Assembly: GCA_963702845.1 (NCBI GenBank)
Contig: OY969763.1
Span: 704,001 to 768,000 of the forward strand
Direction: 5' to 3'
DNA from: an uncultured Verrucomicrobiae bacterium
GTDB taxonomy: Bacteria; Verrucomicrobiota; Verrucomicrobiia; Limisphaerales; Palsa-1400
Length of the DNA stretch: 64,000 nt
Positions 40,373 to 50,689 of this stretch are shown piece by piece (within the stretch, counting starts at the first letter, position 1; the number at the start of each line of letters is the position of its first letter). The notes under the pieces were generated by a model, which saw nothing but the letters and a program-made list of their open reading frames with translations, had not been told where the DNA came from and did not search any database. Position numbers and translations under genes: made by a program.

Positions 40373-41225
40373 ATTTCTTTGCCGGCGATGGATCACGGGG
40401 CCTTTAGTTTCCGGGCGCTTGAAACGCTTGGGTAGCGCGGTGGCGTTCAGTCTTATCGAACTGCTGGTGGTGATAGCGATCATCGCCATACTTGCGGCGT
40501 TGCTCTTGCCCACGTTATCCAGAGCCAAGGGTCAGGCGCAACTCACCGATTGCCGTAGTCACCTCAAACAATTTGGCACTGCATGGACGATGTATAACGG
40601 CGATAACCACGGGAAAATTCCGTTTTGTGCCAGCTTCGTCAGCACCAATGCGTGGGTTTTGGGTAACGCGCAGACGATTCCGCAAGATCCGCGTTATGGC
40701 CAACTCGATCCCGGTATTCTCGACGCGACAAATATTAATGGCATCACGCGCGGGACGCTCTTCCCTTACATTCGGAATCGGCAAGTCTACCTCTGCCCGC
40801 TCGATCGGCGCATGGTGAATGGCGCGCCCTACGTCCGCAGCTACTCGATGAATAATTGGATGAACGGCACCAATCCGGCGTGGATTGAAGGGGTGGACGT
40901 AACGCGGCCGGTTTATAAACAGGACGCGGCCCTTCCGGCACCGTCGAAACTTTTCGTTTTTATTGATGAGGATGAAGGCACGATCAATGACTCGCTTTTC
41001 ACGGTGATTGTTGATCCCGGTTATTACATTAATGACATGCCGACTCGCTGGCATAAAACTGTCTATCCGTTGAGCTTTGCTGACGGGCACGTCGATAGTT
41101 TCAAATTTCTCTGCGCCGATACGCTCGATTGGCAAGCCCCGCAACCTATGCCCCAGGCGGCTGCGAGCGACGGGAGCACCAACCGGGATTTGGTGAATCT
41201 TCAAAACGCGGCTTACGTCCAGTGA
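40359..41225 (+). CDS. prepilin-type N-terminal cleavage/methylation protein (DUF1559-like, H-X9-DG)
   Basis: [49 protein letters not shown]. Confidence 0.9.
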   Translation: MSENRFLCRRWITGPLVSGRLKRLGSAVAFSLIELLVVIAIIAILAALLLPTLSRAKGQAQLTDCRSHLKQFGTAWTMYNGDNHGKIPFCASFVSTNAWVLGNAQTIPQDPRYGQLDPGILDATNINGITRGTLFPYIRNRQVYLCPLDRRMVNGAPYVRSYSMNNWMNGTNPAWIEGVDVTRPVYKQDAALPAPSKLFVFIDEDEGTINDSLFTVIVDPGYYINDMPTRWHKTVYPLSFADGHVDSFKFLCADTLDWQAPQPMPQAAASDGSTNRDLVNLQNAAYVQ

Positions 41226-41497
41226 TTTGGAAGAGACGCACCGCCGAAGGTAGCGTGAGGTGTTACTGAAACGCGGAATGGTATGCTGATCGATTGTTTG
41301 ACAGGATTGGCCCTTGGATTCCCACGCCGAGAGCTTTATCTGAAGCGCCGGCGATCGCTATAAAGTGCTAGTATACAAACCGCACGTATTGAAAAGTTTA
41401 GCCTTGCAGTCAAGTGAATCGAGTGGTGAAATCCATAGCAATAGCAACCCACTGAGCCCCGGCTTGCTTTTGGTTATTGGACAAACAACTGACTCCT

Positions 41498-44400
41498 ATG
41501 AAAAAACGGATTCTTGGTACGGTTTCTACCCTGGTGGTTTCTCTTTTTGTTTCGACGATGGTGAGCGCACAGACGCCTGCCGGGTTGACGCATAGATGGT
41601 CGGGTGATGGGAATGGCGTCGATAGCGCAGGAACGGCGGATTGTGTGACGTCGAATCTGGTGTTTACGACGGGTCATTCCGGTCAGGCGTTTAGTTTGGA
41701 TGGCACGGTGTTTCCGGATTTCGGCAGCAATGTTTGTGCGTTCGGGTCGGGAAATTTCACGATGGATTTTTGGATTCAGACAACACAAGCGGGCTCAGCA
41801 ACAATCTTCAGACGGCGCGCGTGGTGTAGTCCCGATAATGTGGTGGAATGCGGCCTGAGCGATGGAACGATAATGTTCCAGATGAGCAAGAACCAGGATT
41901 TGGGTTGCTCGGTGCAAAGCACGAAAACGATTAATGATGGGACGTTTCACCACATCGCCATCGTACGGCGTTCGCTCGACCTAGCGGTATATATCGACGG
42001 TGTGATCGATGCGCAATCGACTGCCGCGCAGGTCATCAGCATCACCACGGTGAGTTCTGCGTTTGACGCAGACGGCAATCCGATTGCGGCGCAACCTGAC
42101 TTCATATTGGGTATGAAGTTATGCAACACGGCCCCTGACGGCCCTGACACGCAATTCGTCGGCGCTTTGGACGAGGTCGAGGTCTATAATCGGGCGTTGG
42201 ACGATACCGAAGTGTATTGGCAGGTGCATCCGGGCGTTCCGATAGCGATCGTGAATCAACCGTTCAATCAACGGACGTTGGTGGGCAGGAGCGTGGCGTT
42301 TCATGTGGCGGCGCTTGGTTTGCAGCCGATCTCTTATCAGTGGCGTTTCAACGGTAGCGATATACCTGGGGCGATCTCGAACAACCTCGTGCTTTCGACA
42401 CCGTTGGTGAGTGATTCAGGGACTTATTATTGCGTCATCGACAATCCGGCGGGGCAAGTGAGCAGCCAGCAGGCGACGCTGGGGGTAACGAACTTGAACA
42501 CGCCGAGCGATGCATTGATGGCGAGATGGTCCGGCGAAGGTTCTGCCGTGGATAGCTTCGGCGGCAACAATGGCACGTTGCACAATGTGACGTTTGCGCC
42601 TGGTGTCTTGGGAACGTCGTTCAAATTCAATGGTCATGGCGAGGTGGATTGTCCGAACATGCTGCATGGGATTTTGACGAATGATTTCACGATTGATTTT
42701 TGGATGTTGACGACGAATAAAGGGACCCCAGTCGGATGGGGCGCGACCTGGTCAACGGCGGTGCTCGGCGAAAGGTCGGTATGCCCCGGGTTCGACGTGT
42801 GGGACACTGCGGCATTCCGAACCGGTATTGTCGCTCCATCGAATGGCGGAGCGTCCAACAGCTTTGTGTCTTTTGATCTAGGGACCGGCCATCCACCAGA
42901 TATCACCGGATGGCAAAGTTTTGTCCCGGTGGAGTGCTCGCCTGACACGAGCGCGAGTCCAATCCAAGTGAACGATGGCGTGTTTCACCACGTGGCAGCT
43001 ACGCGTCATGAGCGAGACGTCTCTATTTACCTGGACGGGCGTTGGGTTCAGACAGCAACGACCCGGGTACCGATCAATTATTGCCCGCGTCCAGAGGATC
43101 TGTGGTATGTCCAATTCCAACTAGGTTCAGATCATTGTGATAATTTCAAGGGACAGTTGGACGAAGTGCAGGTGCATAATCGGGCGCTGAGTGATTCGGA
43201 GGTTTACAGCGAATATTCACCCGACCCGGCGTTGGTGATCTTGCGGCAACCACAAGCCAGTGATGTTGTCGAAGGCAAAGGGGCCTCTTTATCCGTCGTG
43301 GTTGCGGGACTGCCGCCATATACGTATCAATGGCAACATAATGGCAGTGATATTTCGGGCGCAACGGACAGTACGTATTCGATCATCAATTCGGCGATAG
43401 GCAATTCAGGGACGTACACAGCAGTGGTCGGCAATTCGCTGCAAACGTTAACAAGTGCGCAGACGCCTTTGTCGGTTTTGGCAAGCAACTCGTTATTGCC
43501 CGGGTTGGTCAACTTGTGGGCGGCCGACGGAAATGCGAACGACTGCGTCGGCCACGCGGAAGTTAGGACCTTCAATAGTGTCTACGCGACGGGAATTTCG
43601 GGTGAAGCGTTCGATATCGGGGAACGAGCTGGTTTTATTGATGAACAGACGGGCAATTTCGGAACGAATGATTTTACGATCTCGCTTTGGGTAAAGTGCC
43701 TCGGTTGGAACCATTATTTTGACAACTGGAACATGGGTTTACCTCGTGGTTGGCCAGGGACAGCGAACGTGGCGCCGCCCAACGACATGCCGCCGGACCC
43801 GCTGACCGGTTTGGAGTCGGCACCGGACGTACGTAACATTCTATCAAAAGGCGAAGGAGAGGTGACCAATTTCACAGCGGGCTTTGCGTTTCGTATGACC
43901 AACGGAGCAATCATGGTTTGCGGAGCCGATGCTGATGGGCACGTGTTTTCACTGCATAACGACGCACCTGCGATGTACAGGTGGAGACCTGATAATACCA
44001 ACTACTATTTCTACGGCCTCGGCAAGTTAGATGACACGAATTTCCACCATGTCGTGGCGGTACGCAGGGCGACGACGACTGTGGAACTGTATTTGGACGG
44101 CACCCTCGTGGGACAGACGAATCTGCCGGCCTTGACGACTTTGGATAATCTGAGCCCGTTGGCTTTGAACGGTGGTCTAGCTTATCTATGGCAATATCCC
44201 GGCGGCGGCAGCGCCGGCTTCGGGCGACGCCCGTTTAATGGTCACGTCGACGACATTGAATTTTATAATCGCGCGCTTTCGGTCGATGAGATCAATGGCC
44301 TCTACCAACGGTCCGCGAACAACCCACAAGTCAACGTGGCGTTGCAAAAGGTCCAGGCGCATGCCGGAGATGTTTTGGTTCTCAAACCGGACCGGGCGAC

Positions 44401-45571
44401 CGGTCCCGGACCGTTGAGTTATCAATGGACGTTTAATGGAGCGGCGATCGCGAATGCGACGGATTCGACATTAACGATCACTGTGGACGCTAACAGTGCC
44501 GGTGATTACGCGTTGGTCGTGAGTAATCCGTACGGCGCGGCGACATGTCCGGTCGCATCGGTGATGCTGGCATTGTCGCCAGGCAGTTACAATGGTTTGT
44601 TTTATTTGGATGATGATGCGACCGATGACACGTCCGGTTACGTCACATTGACAGTGACGACATCGCAAACGTACAGCGGAAGCATACTGCAACACGGCAA
44701 ACATTATCCGTTCACGGGTCACTTCAGCGGTGGCAATTCAGTATCTCCGCGAATCGTTCGCGCGGGCAAAACTCCGTTGAATCTGAACCTGACAATGCCG
44801 GAGGCAGGCAATCTCGACAATATCACTGGCGTGGTCAGCGATGGCCAACATGTGATCCCCGTAAAGGCGCGTCGAGCCGTTTACAGTGTTTCGTCCCCCA
44901 CTCCGCAGGCCGGGAGCTATACGATCGCATTTACGGGAATTCATAGTGCGACCGCGCCGAACGGACATGGATTTGGTAACATCTCGATTTCCAGCAATGG
45001 AAAAATTCAGCTTGGAGCGAGCCTGGCCGATGGCACACCCGCGACTCAGGGTTCGAGCGTGGCGAACTCAGGCGAATGGCCGCTATACATTCCCTTGTAT
45101 GGCAACAAGGGTTCGATGCTCGGTTGGTTATCGTTTACGAATTCCCCCGGGACCCGCTGTGCCGGTAATTTGCGCTGGATCAAACCGCCGGGCGCGGGCG
45201 GCAAGAATTATCAGGGAGGCTTTGCGACGAAGGTGCCTGTGATCGGTTCGACGTTTGTGCCACAAGCTTCCGGTCTTGGAATTGATGTGAGCCATTACAG
45301 CGTCGTGTTGGATGGTGCGAAGATTTTTACGCCGTTGAGTAACCAGATCACGAACTCGACCGGAAATTCGATCAAATTTACTCAAACGGGCGCAAGTGGC
45401 GGTGCGCTAACAGCCAAGCCTGGCACCGGACAGTTCAGCGGAACTTTTGTCCATCCTGTCACTAAACTCAAAACACCTATCAAAGGTGTCGTGCTGCAGA
45501 ATCAGGGCGAAGCCGCGGGATATTTCATCAGCGGCAATTTGAGCGGACGCGTGGTGTTGAAGCAGAATTGA
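41498..45571 (+). CDS. large secreted LamG-like (x3) / Ig-like (x3) surface protein
   Basis: signal peptide; three FHH(I/V)A..R...Y(I/L)DG...G.(L/V)D(E/D)...NRAL units alternating with YQW..NG..I..AT Ig units; beta-rich C-terminal region. Confidence 0.9.
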   Translation: MKKRILGTVSTLVVSLFVSTMVSAQTPAGLTHRWSGDGNGVDSAGTADCVTSNLVFTTGHSGQAFSLDGTVFPDFGSNVCAFGSGNFTMDFWIQTTQAGSATIFRRRAWCSPDNVVECGLSDGTIMFQMSKNQDLGCSVQSTKTINDGTFHHIAIVRRSLDLAVYIDGVIDAQSTAAQVISITTVSSAFDADGNPIAAQPDFILGMKLCNTAPDGPDTQFVGALDEVEVYNRALDDTEVYWQVHPGVPIAIVNQPFNQRTLVGRSVAFHVAALGLQPISYQWRFNGSDIPGAISNNLVLSTPLVSDSGTYYCVIDNPAGQVSSQQATLGVTNLNTPSDALMARWSGEGSAVDSFGGNNGTLHNVTFAPGVLGTSFKFNGHGEVDCPNMLHGILTNDFTIDFWMLTTNKGTPVGWGATWSTAVLGERSVCPGFDVWDTAAFRTGIVAPSNGGASNSFVSFDLGTGHPPDITGWQSFVPVECSPDTSASPIQVNDGVFHHVAATRHERDVSIYLDGRWVQTATTRVPINYCPRPEDLWYVQFQLGSDHCDNFKGQLDEVQVHNRALSDSEVYSEYSPDPALVILRQPQASDVVEGKGASLSVVVAGLPPYTYQWQHNGSDISGATDSTYSIINSAIGNSGTYTAVVGNSLQTLTSAQTPLSVLASNSLLPGLVNLWAADGNANDCVGHAEVRTFNSVYATGISGEAFDIGERAGFIDEQTGNFGTNDFTISLWVKCLGWNHYFDNWNMGLPRGWPGTANVAPPNDMPPDPLTGLESAPDVRNILSKGEGEVTNFTAGFAFRMTNGAIMVCGADADGHVFSLHNDAPAMYRWRPDNTNYYFYGLGKLDDTNFHHVVAVRRATTTVELYLDGTLVGQTNLPALTTLDNLSPLALNGGLAYLWQYPGGGSAGFGRRPFNGHVDDIEFYNRALSVDEINGLYQRSANNPQVNVALQKVQAHAGDVLVLKPDRATGPGPLSYQWTFNGAAIANATDSTLTITVDANSAGDYALVVSNPYGAATCPVASVMLALSPGSYNGLFYLDDDATDDTSGYVTLTVTTSQTYSGSILQHGKHYPFTGHFSGGNSVSPRIVRAGKTPLNLNLTMPEAGNLDNITGVVSDGQHVIPVKARRAVYSVSSPTPQAGSYTIAFTGIHSATAPNGHGFGNISISSNGKIQLGASLADGTPATQGSSVANSGEWPLYIPLYGNKGSMLGWLSFTNSPGTRCAGNLRWIKPPGAGGKNYQGGFATKVPVIGSTFVPQASGLGIDVSHYSVVLDGAKIFTPLSNQITNSTGNSIKFTQTGASGGALTAKPGTGQFSGTFVHPVTKLKTPIKGVVLQNQGEAAGYFISGNLSGRVVLKQN

Positions 45572-45712
45572 TCTGCGGGTCCAGAAGTTCGGCGCCCACG
45601 CTGATGGGCTCCTCGGGCACACGGCCATGCATTAGCGCTCGACGATCCGCTTACGATCGCCATCTAGGGCGTGGATTTAATTTGGTCTTCTGAGCAGGTC
45701 CCCATTCTCCAA

Positions 45713-45742
45713 GTTGCTGCGGGCGTGGACGTCCGTAATCCG
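45713..45742 (-). repeat. short REP-like palindrome, family 2, copy 2
   Basis: reverse-complement homologue of 2577-2606. Confidence 0.6.
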
Positions 45743-45764
45743 CCAAGCAAATCGTTGAAGCCGG

Positions 45765-45780
45765 TGGCACAATCGATGCT
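45765..45780 (+). promoter_or_regulatory. sigma54 -24/-12 promoter upstream of the hybrid kinase
   Basis: TGGCACAATCGATGCT: GG-N10-GC. Confidence 0.55.
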
Positions 45781-45970
45781 TTCAAATGGCTTGCAAGGGT
45801 GGAGCCTCTTCTAAATATCGGAAGGGGGTATTTGCGTCAGAGTCCTCGCAAGCTATTGAAGTTAACCAAGTTATAACTGATTATTAAAAGCGGAAACCGG
45901 TGGTTTCGATTACGTCGGCGGAAGCGAGTTAATGCGGTTTTGAAAAAGTAAGAAGCGACGAAACAATTCT

Positions 45971-48412
45971 ATGTCCACAGTAACTGAAGGAAATGCAGTC
46001 GCCGACGTGCTCGATGGCAGTTGGCATTTCCAACAGTTTGCCGAGAAGGTGGCTCAGGTTTTTTGGGTGGTGGACGCGCTCACCGGGGATGTGGTTTATC
46101 TCAGTCCGGCATATGAACGGGTGTGGGGACGTAATGGGGAATCACTTTTCGAGGCCCCGGATTCCTGGATTAAAGCAATCCATGAGGATGATCGAGCCCG
46201 CGTTGTTAGTGCTTTTGAGTCGCGCTCATCATCGGAGCGCGAGGAAACGTACCGGATTTTAAGACCGGATGGGGAGATGGGATGGATTCGCCATCGCACG
46301 TTTCCGATCTGCGATGCGGAAGGAACCGTTTGCCGAGTTTTGAACATTGCCGAGGACATCACGGAACGGAAACGGCATGAGCAACAATGGAAAGTGTTGT
46401 CGTGGCTGGGCAGCAGTTTGAACGTCGCGGCAACGGCGATTGAGGCGGCGGATATCATTTTGGATGCAGCGCAGGAGTTGTTTTCGTGGGATTGCGCGAC
46501 GCTGGATCATTACGACGCCGATACGGATATAGTCACGTCTGTGGCGGCGTCGGACACGATCGACGGAAAGCGAATGCAGTGTGAACCTTCTTCTGACCCG
46601 ACACCTTCACCACTGGCGCGCAGCGTTCTAGTGGGCGGGGCGCGGCTTGTCTTGCGGAAGGCGGATGAAGGGACGAGCAACGCAACGCACATGTTTGGGG
46701 ACACATCGCGCCCGTCGAAATCGTTGATGCTGGCACCAATTCGGATGGGGGCGAGAACGGTCGGGATTTTGTCGGTGCAAAGTTATCGCGTGAACGCTTT
46801 CACGAAAGCGGACCTGGATTTGTTGCAACTGTTCGCGGACCACGTGGCAGCGGCGTTGAACCGGATTAAAGCGGAGGAAAAACGGCGGGAAGCGGAAGAG
46901 CGACTGGAGGAACAGGCGGCATTGCTGGAGTTGACGCCGGATGCGGTGATGGTGCGTAGCCTGGATGATCGAATCATTTACTGGAACAAGGGCGCGGAAC
47001 GGTTGTACGGCTGGACGAAACAGGACGTCTTGGGCAAGGCCTCGGTTGAGATGTACAAGGACCGCCAGAAATTTCAGGAGACCGTTACCGCTGTAATTGA
47101 ACAGGGCGAATGGTCGGGGGAATTGGTGAAGTTAACGAAGTCGGGCCGTGAAGTTACGGTGCAATCGCGGAGCACATTGATTTTGGGGCAGGACCACCGA
47201 CCGAAGGCGATCCTGATTATCAACAGCGACGTAACCGATCAGAAAAGATTGGAAGCGCATATGTTGCGAGCGCAACGGTTGGAGAGCATCGGGACGTTGG
47301 CCGGCGGGATTGCGCACGATTTAAATAATGTGCTGGCGCCTATTTTGATGTCGGTGCAGGTGTTGCGGTTGACTGCGAAGACGCCGAAAGAGAACGCAAT
47401 GCTGGACACGCTGGAGAACAGCAGCAAACGCGGAGCGGATTTGGTCGGACAGGTGTTGACGTTTGCGCGCGGATTGGAAAGCAAGCGCGCGGCGATTAAT
47501 TTGCGGCATTTGGCAAAAGAGTTTCAGAAGGTCGTTCTGGATACGTTTCCAAAAAACATTCAGTTCGACTTAATAGATTCGAAGGAACTTTGGACAATTG
47601 AGGCGGACCCGACGCATTTGCACCAGGTGCTGATGAATTTGTGCGTCAATGCGCGAGATGCCATGACGCAGGGTGGCAAGCTGGCGGTGGAGTTGGGCAA
47701 TGCGGTGCTCGCGGAGCCTTATGCGAAAATTCATCCCGATGCGAAACCGGGACCGTATGTGGTGATTACGGTTGAGGATACGGGGACCGGCATTACGCCG
47801 GAGGTTCAGGAAAAGATGTTTGACCCATTTTTCACGACGAAGGAAGTCGGCAAGGGAACGGGGCTGGGGCTTTCGACGGTGTTGACGATTGTGAAGGCGC
47901 ACCATGGATTCATCACTGTTTACAGCGAGATCGGGAGAGGGACGAAATTCAAAATTTACTTTCCGGCCAAGCCTAACCAGCAGGAGTCCGCGGCACCGGT
48001 GGCGACACAATCGAACCTTCTTCCGCACGGCCACGGGGAGACGATCCTGGTGGTGGATGATGAACCGAATTTGCGAATGATAACGCAGGAGACGCTGGAG
48101 ACTTTTGGTTATCGGGTGTTGACGGCGGCTAATGGAGCCGAAGCGGTCGCGCTTTACGCGCAGCATCAGCATGAAATTTCTGTGGTGTTGACGGATATGA
48201 TGATGCCGGTAATGGATGGGCCGGCAACGATTGTGGCACTGCGAGCGATGAATCCGCGGGTGAAGGTGATCGGTTCGAGTGGATTGGGGATGAACGAAAC
48301 GGCTGGACGCACGGTAGCCACAGGGCTGCGTTATTTTGTGCCGAAACCTTATACAGCGGAGCGGTTGTTGAAGATACTGGAGGAGGTTTTGAAGGTAGAG
48401 GCTCGGGACTAG
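45971..48412 (+). CDS. hybrid sensor histidine kinase (PAS-GAF-PAS-HisKA-HATPase-REC)
   Basis: LAGGIAHDLNN, NLCVNARDAM, FDPFFTTKEVGKGTGLGL, ILVVDDE, TDMMMPVMDG; no TM segment. Confidence 0.95.
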   Translation: MSTVTEGNAVADVLDGSWHFQQFAEKVAQVFWVVDALTGDVVYLSPAYERVWGRNGESLFEAPDSWIKAIHEDDRARVVSAFESRSSSEREETYRILRPDGEMGWIRHRTFPICDAEGTVCRVLNIAEDITERKRHEQQWKVLSWLGSSLNVAATAIEAADIILDAAQELFSWDCATLDHYDADTDIVTSVAASDTIDGKRMQCEPSSDPTPSPLARSVLVGGARLVLRKADEGTSNATHMFGDTSRPSKSLMLAPIRMGARTVGILSVQSYRVNAFTKADLDLLQLFADHVAAALNRIKAEEKRREAEERLEEQAALLELTPDAVMVRSLDDRIIYWNKGAERLYGWTKQDVLGKASVEMYKDRQKFQETVTAVIEQGEWSGELVKLTKSGREVTVQSRSTLILGQDHRPKAILIINSDVTDQKRLEAHMLRAQRLESIGTLAGGIAHDLNNVLAPILMSVQVLRLTAKTPKENAMLDTLENSSKRGADLVGQVLTFARGLESKRAAINLRHLAKEFQKVVLDTFPKNIQFDLIDSKELWTIEADPTHLHQVLMNLCVNARDAMTQGGKLAVELGNAVLAEPYAKIHPDAKPGPYVVITVEDTGTGITPEVQEKMFDPFFTTKEVGKGTGLGLSTVLTIVKAHHGFITVYSEIGRGTKFKIYFPAKPNQQESAAPVATQSNLLPHGHGETILVVDDEPNLRMITQETLETFGYRVLTAANGAEAVALYAQHQHEISVVLTDMMMPVMDGPATIVALRAMNPRVKVIGSSGLGMNETAGRTVATGLRYFVPKPYTAERLLKILEEVLKVEARD

Positions 48413-48426
48413 GTGGGTTGACGCTG

Positions 48427-49693
48427 TTAATTTGCCGTTGGGTCGGTGACGCGGCCGAGGAAGAGGCAGGCGCCGGTTTCGCGGTGTTGGATGGCGAAAA
48501 GGAAGGGGTGGTCGATGTGGACCACAACAGGTTTCGGTGCTTCCAAGTGTGCTCCTCCTGCCGTAAACATTGCAATCGCTGTCGCTGCGGCAGCTTCAGT
48601 GCCTTTTTCGCCTACTTCCACAAATGTCTTATGGAATATGTCTGAGATGCAGAGGTAATCGTCGCCACGGCGTGGAGCGATTTTGTCGAAGTTGGCGCTT
48701 CCCGGTGGGATGTTAAATGCTTGTTTCATTCCCAGTTTTTCGAAGTTGTCCTTTAATGCGAACAGTGGCGGTTGGAGTTTGAATTTTGGCAGATGGAGAA
48801 CAATTTCTCTGCCCTGCAGTTGACTGCATTTTGTCAGCATCTCGGGCGAGAGTTTGTTCTGCAACGCTTCCAAGCCGTTCAGCGAATGTGGGAGAAGGAT
48901 TAGTAATTGGAGATCGCCGGGCCGATACGAAAGCGTCACTGCGGTAAAGTCGTTGAACTTCTCGTATCCGAAATGATCGGTTTGTTGGACCATTGTAGGC
49001 GCATCGACGGTTTTGCCATTTGGCAGGTGGAAAGGCTGAGGTTTGGTCGCCTCGGTGTGGAATGGTTCGAACCACGGGGCTCTCAAATAGATCGCGTTAA
49101 CGAGAACAAGACGCGTTAAATTATCGAGCGCGTCTGGGGAAATGAGATTTTGGATGCGGTTATGTGTTTGTTTTTCGACCCAGTCGTTAATGTATTTGGC
49201 GAATTGCGCCGCGTGCGAGCGGAAATCGAGAGCTTCGAAAGGAGCGCCGTAGGAGCTTTTCAAGAGTGTCAGGTATGCTGGGCGAAAGTCGTAGCCGGTT
49301 TGGCCAAAGAGCCGGTTGGCGGTGGTCAGGACCATGGGGTCTGACTTGGTGTGCCATTCCTCTTTTTCACGTCGAACCTGCGCCTCGCTGTTGGTGGCAA
49401 TTTGGTGAAGTGATTCGCGCAGGTTGCCGAGCGACTCGCGAATTTTTTCATTGTCGGGATAGTGCAAAACTTTGGCCATTTCGGTTCGGGTGGTGCCGTC
49501 GGCGCCTTCGTAGGCCATGGCCATGGCGCTATGGATGGAGTAGGGGGAGAGGACGGTGTTTTCGTTCGGCTTGGTTTGGCGGAGGAGGTCGATGCCGAGG
49601 GAGTTGATGGCGTTGGCGGCGACATTCGTGCTCGCGGCGGTTGCGGTGAGATGAACGGCAATCAATGAGAGGGTGATCCAAAGCAGTGTTCAT
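48427..49693 (-). CDS. secreted serpin (apparent indel just after ATG 49693)
   Basis: SPYSI, INDWVEKQTHNRI, LVNAIYL, EKGTEAAAAT hinge, DHPFLFAI...LFLGRV. Confidence 0.92.
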
Positions 49694-49760
49694 GGTCCCG
49701 TCCCGGTTCGTTGTGGGTTGAACCTATACCGTTGGATTCGTCGTTGCAACGCTGGGACAG

Positions 49761-50621
49761 CTAGCTTTGTAAACCATTCAAGTAGGCAAACACAAGGCCC
49801 GGCAACACGGAGCTGTAGCCGCCTTCGAGGATGCTGAACGTTGGCACATTGAATTTACGGATGCGCTCGCCAAGCCATTGGAAGTCTTCGGCTTCTAAGG
49901 TTTCTTGAGCTAAGGGATCGTGGGCGTAGGCGTCGAAGCCAGCGGAGACGGCGATGAGGTCGGGTTTGAATTTTTCGACTTCGGTGAAGGCGCGCTCAAA
50001 GGTTTTGCGGTATTCCTCGCGAGGGGTTCTCGGGGCGACGGGAAAGTTTAAACAGTTTGTCCCGCGATTTGTCTCACCTGTGCCGGGATACGCCGGAAAT
50101 TGATGAATCGAGACGAACAGACAACCGTCTTGGCCGAGCAGGATGTCTTCGGTGCCGTTGCCGTGGTGAACGTCGAAGTCGTAGACGGCGACGCGTTTGA
50201 AGCCTTGCGCTCGTGCTTCGAGGGCGGCGATGGCAATGGAGTTGAAATAACAGAAGCCCATTGCCTGACCGCGGGTGGCGTGATGACCGGGTGGTCGCAT
50301 CAGGCTGAAACCGATTTCGCCGGAACGGGCGCTATGCAATGCTTGCAATGCGCCACCGACGGAGCGTCGCGCGTGATCGGCGATGTTCGGATGCGCAGGC
50401 GTGTCGGCGTCGAAGTCGGTTGCCGAAACAAGGTTTTTGAGATGTTCGGGTGTATGTGCGCGGAGCAAAATGGAATCGTCTACGGGAAGCGGGTCGGCCC
50501 AGGTGAGGTGGAGTGTCTCTTCCCAGCGAAGTTTGTCGACGGTGCGCGAGACGCGTTGCGGACGTTCGGGATGGCCGGGCGAGGAGTATTCGGTGCAACG
50601 CGGGTCGGTAATTATTTTCAT
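49761..50621 (-). CDS. histone deacetylase family (HDAC/AcuC-like) protein
   Basis: HPERP, RPPGHHA, GFCYFN, DFDVHHGNGT, SAGFDA, LEGGY. Confidence 0.93.
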   Translation of the reverse strand: MKIITDPRCTEYSSPGHPERPQRVSRTVDKLRWEETLHLTWADPLPVDDSILLRAHTPEHLKNLVSATDFDADTPAHPNIADHARRSVGGALQALHSARSGEIGFSLMRPPGHHATRGQAMGFCYFNSIAIAALEARAQGFKRVAVYDFDVHHGNGTEDILLGQDGCLFVSIHQFPAYPGTGETNRGTNCLNFPVAPRTPREEYRKTFERAFTEVEKFKPDLIAVSAGFDAYAHDPLAQETLEAEDFQWLGERIRKFNVPTFSILEGGYSSVLPGLVFAYLNGLQS

Positions 50622-50689
50622 TTTGGACGAATTTCCGCCAAGCACTATACTAATGACATCGAACTGAACAAGGAGTTCCAGACTGGCTC

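Noticed and set aside
38927..40528. 533-aa antisense ORF (likewise 33248-34408, 11036-12187, 6668-7585, 52580-53482)
   Set aside because: Shadow ORFs opposite well-supported genes in GC-rich DNA; no motifs
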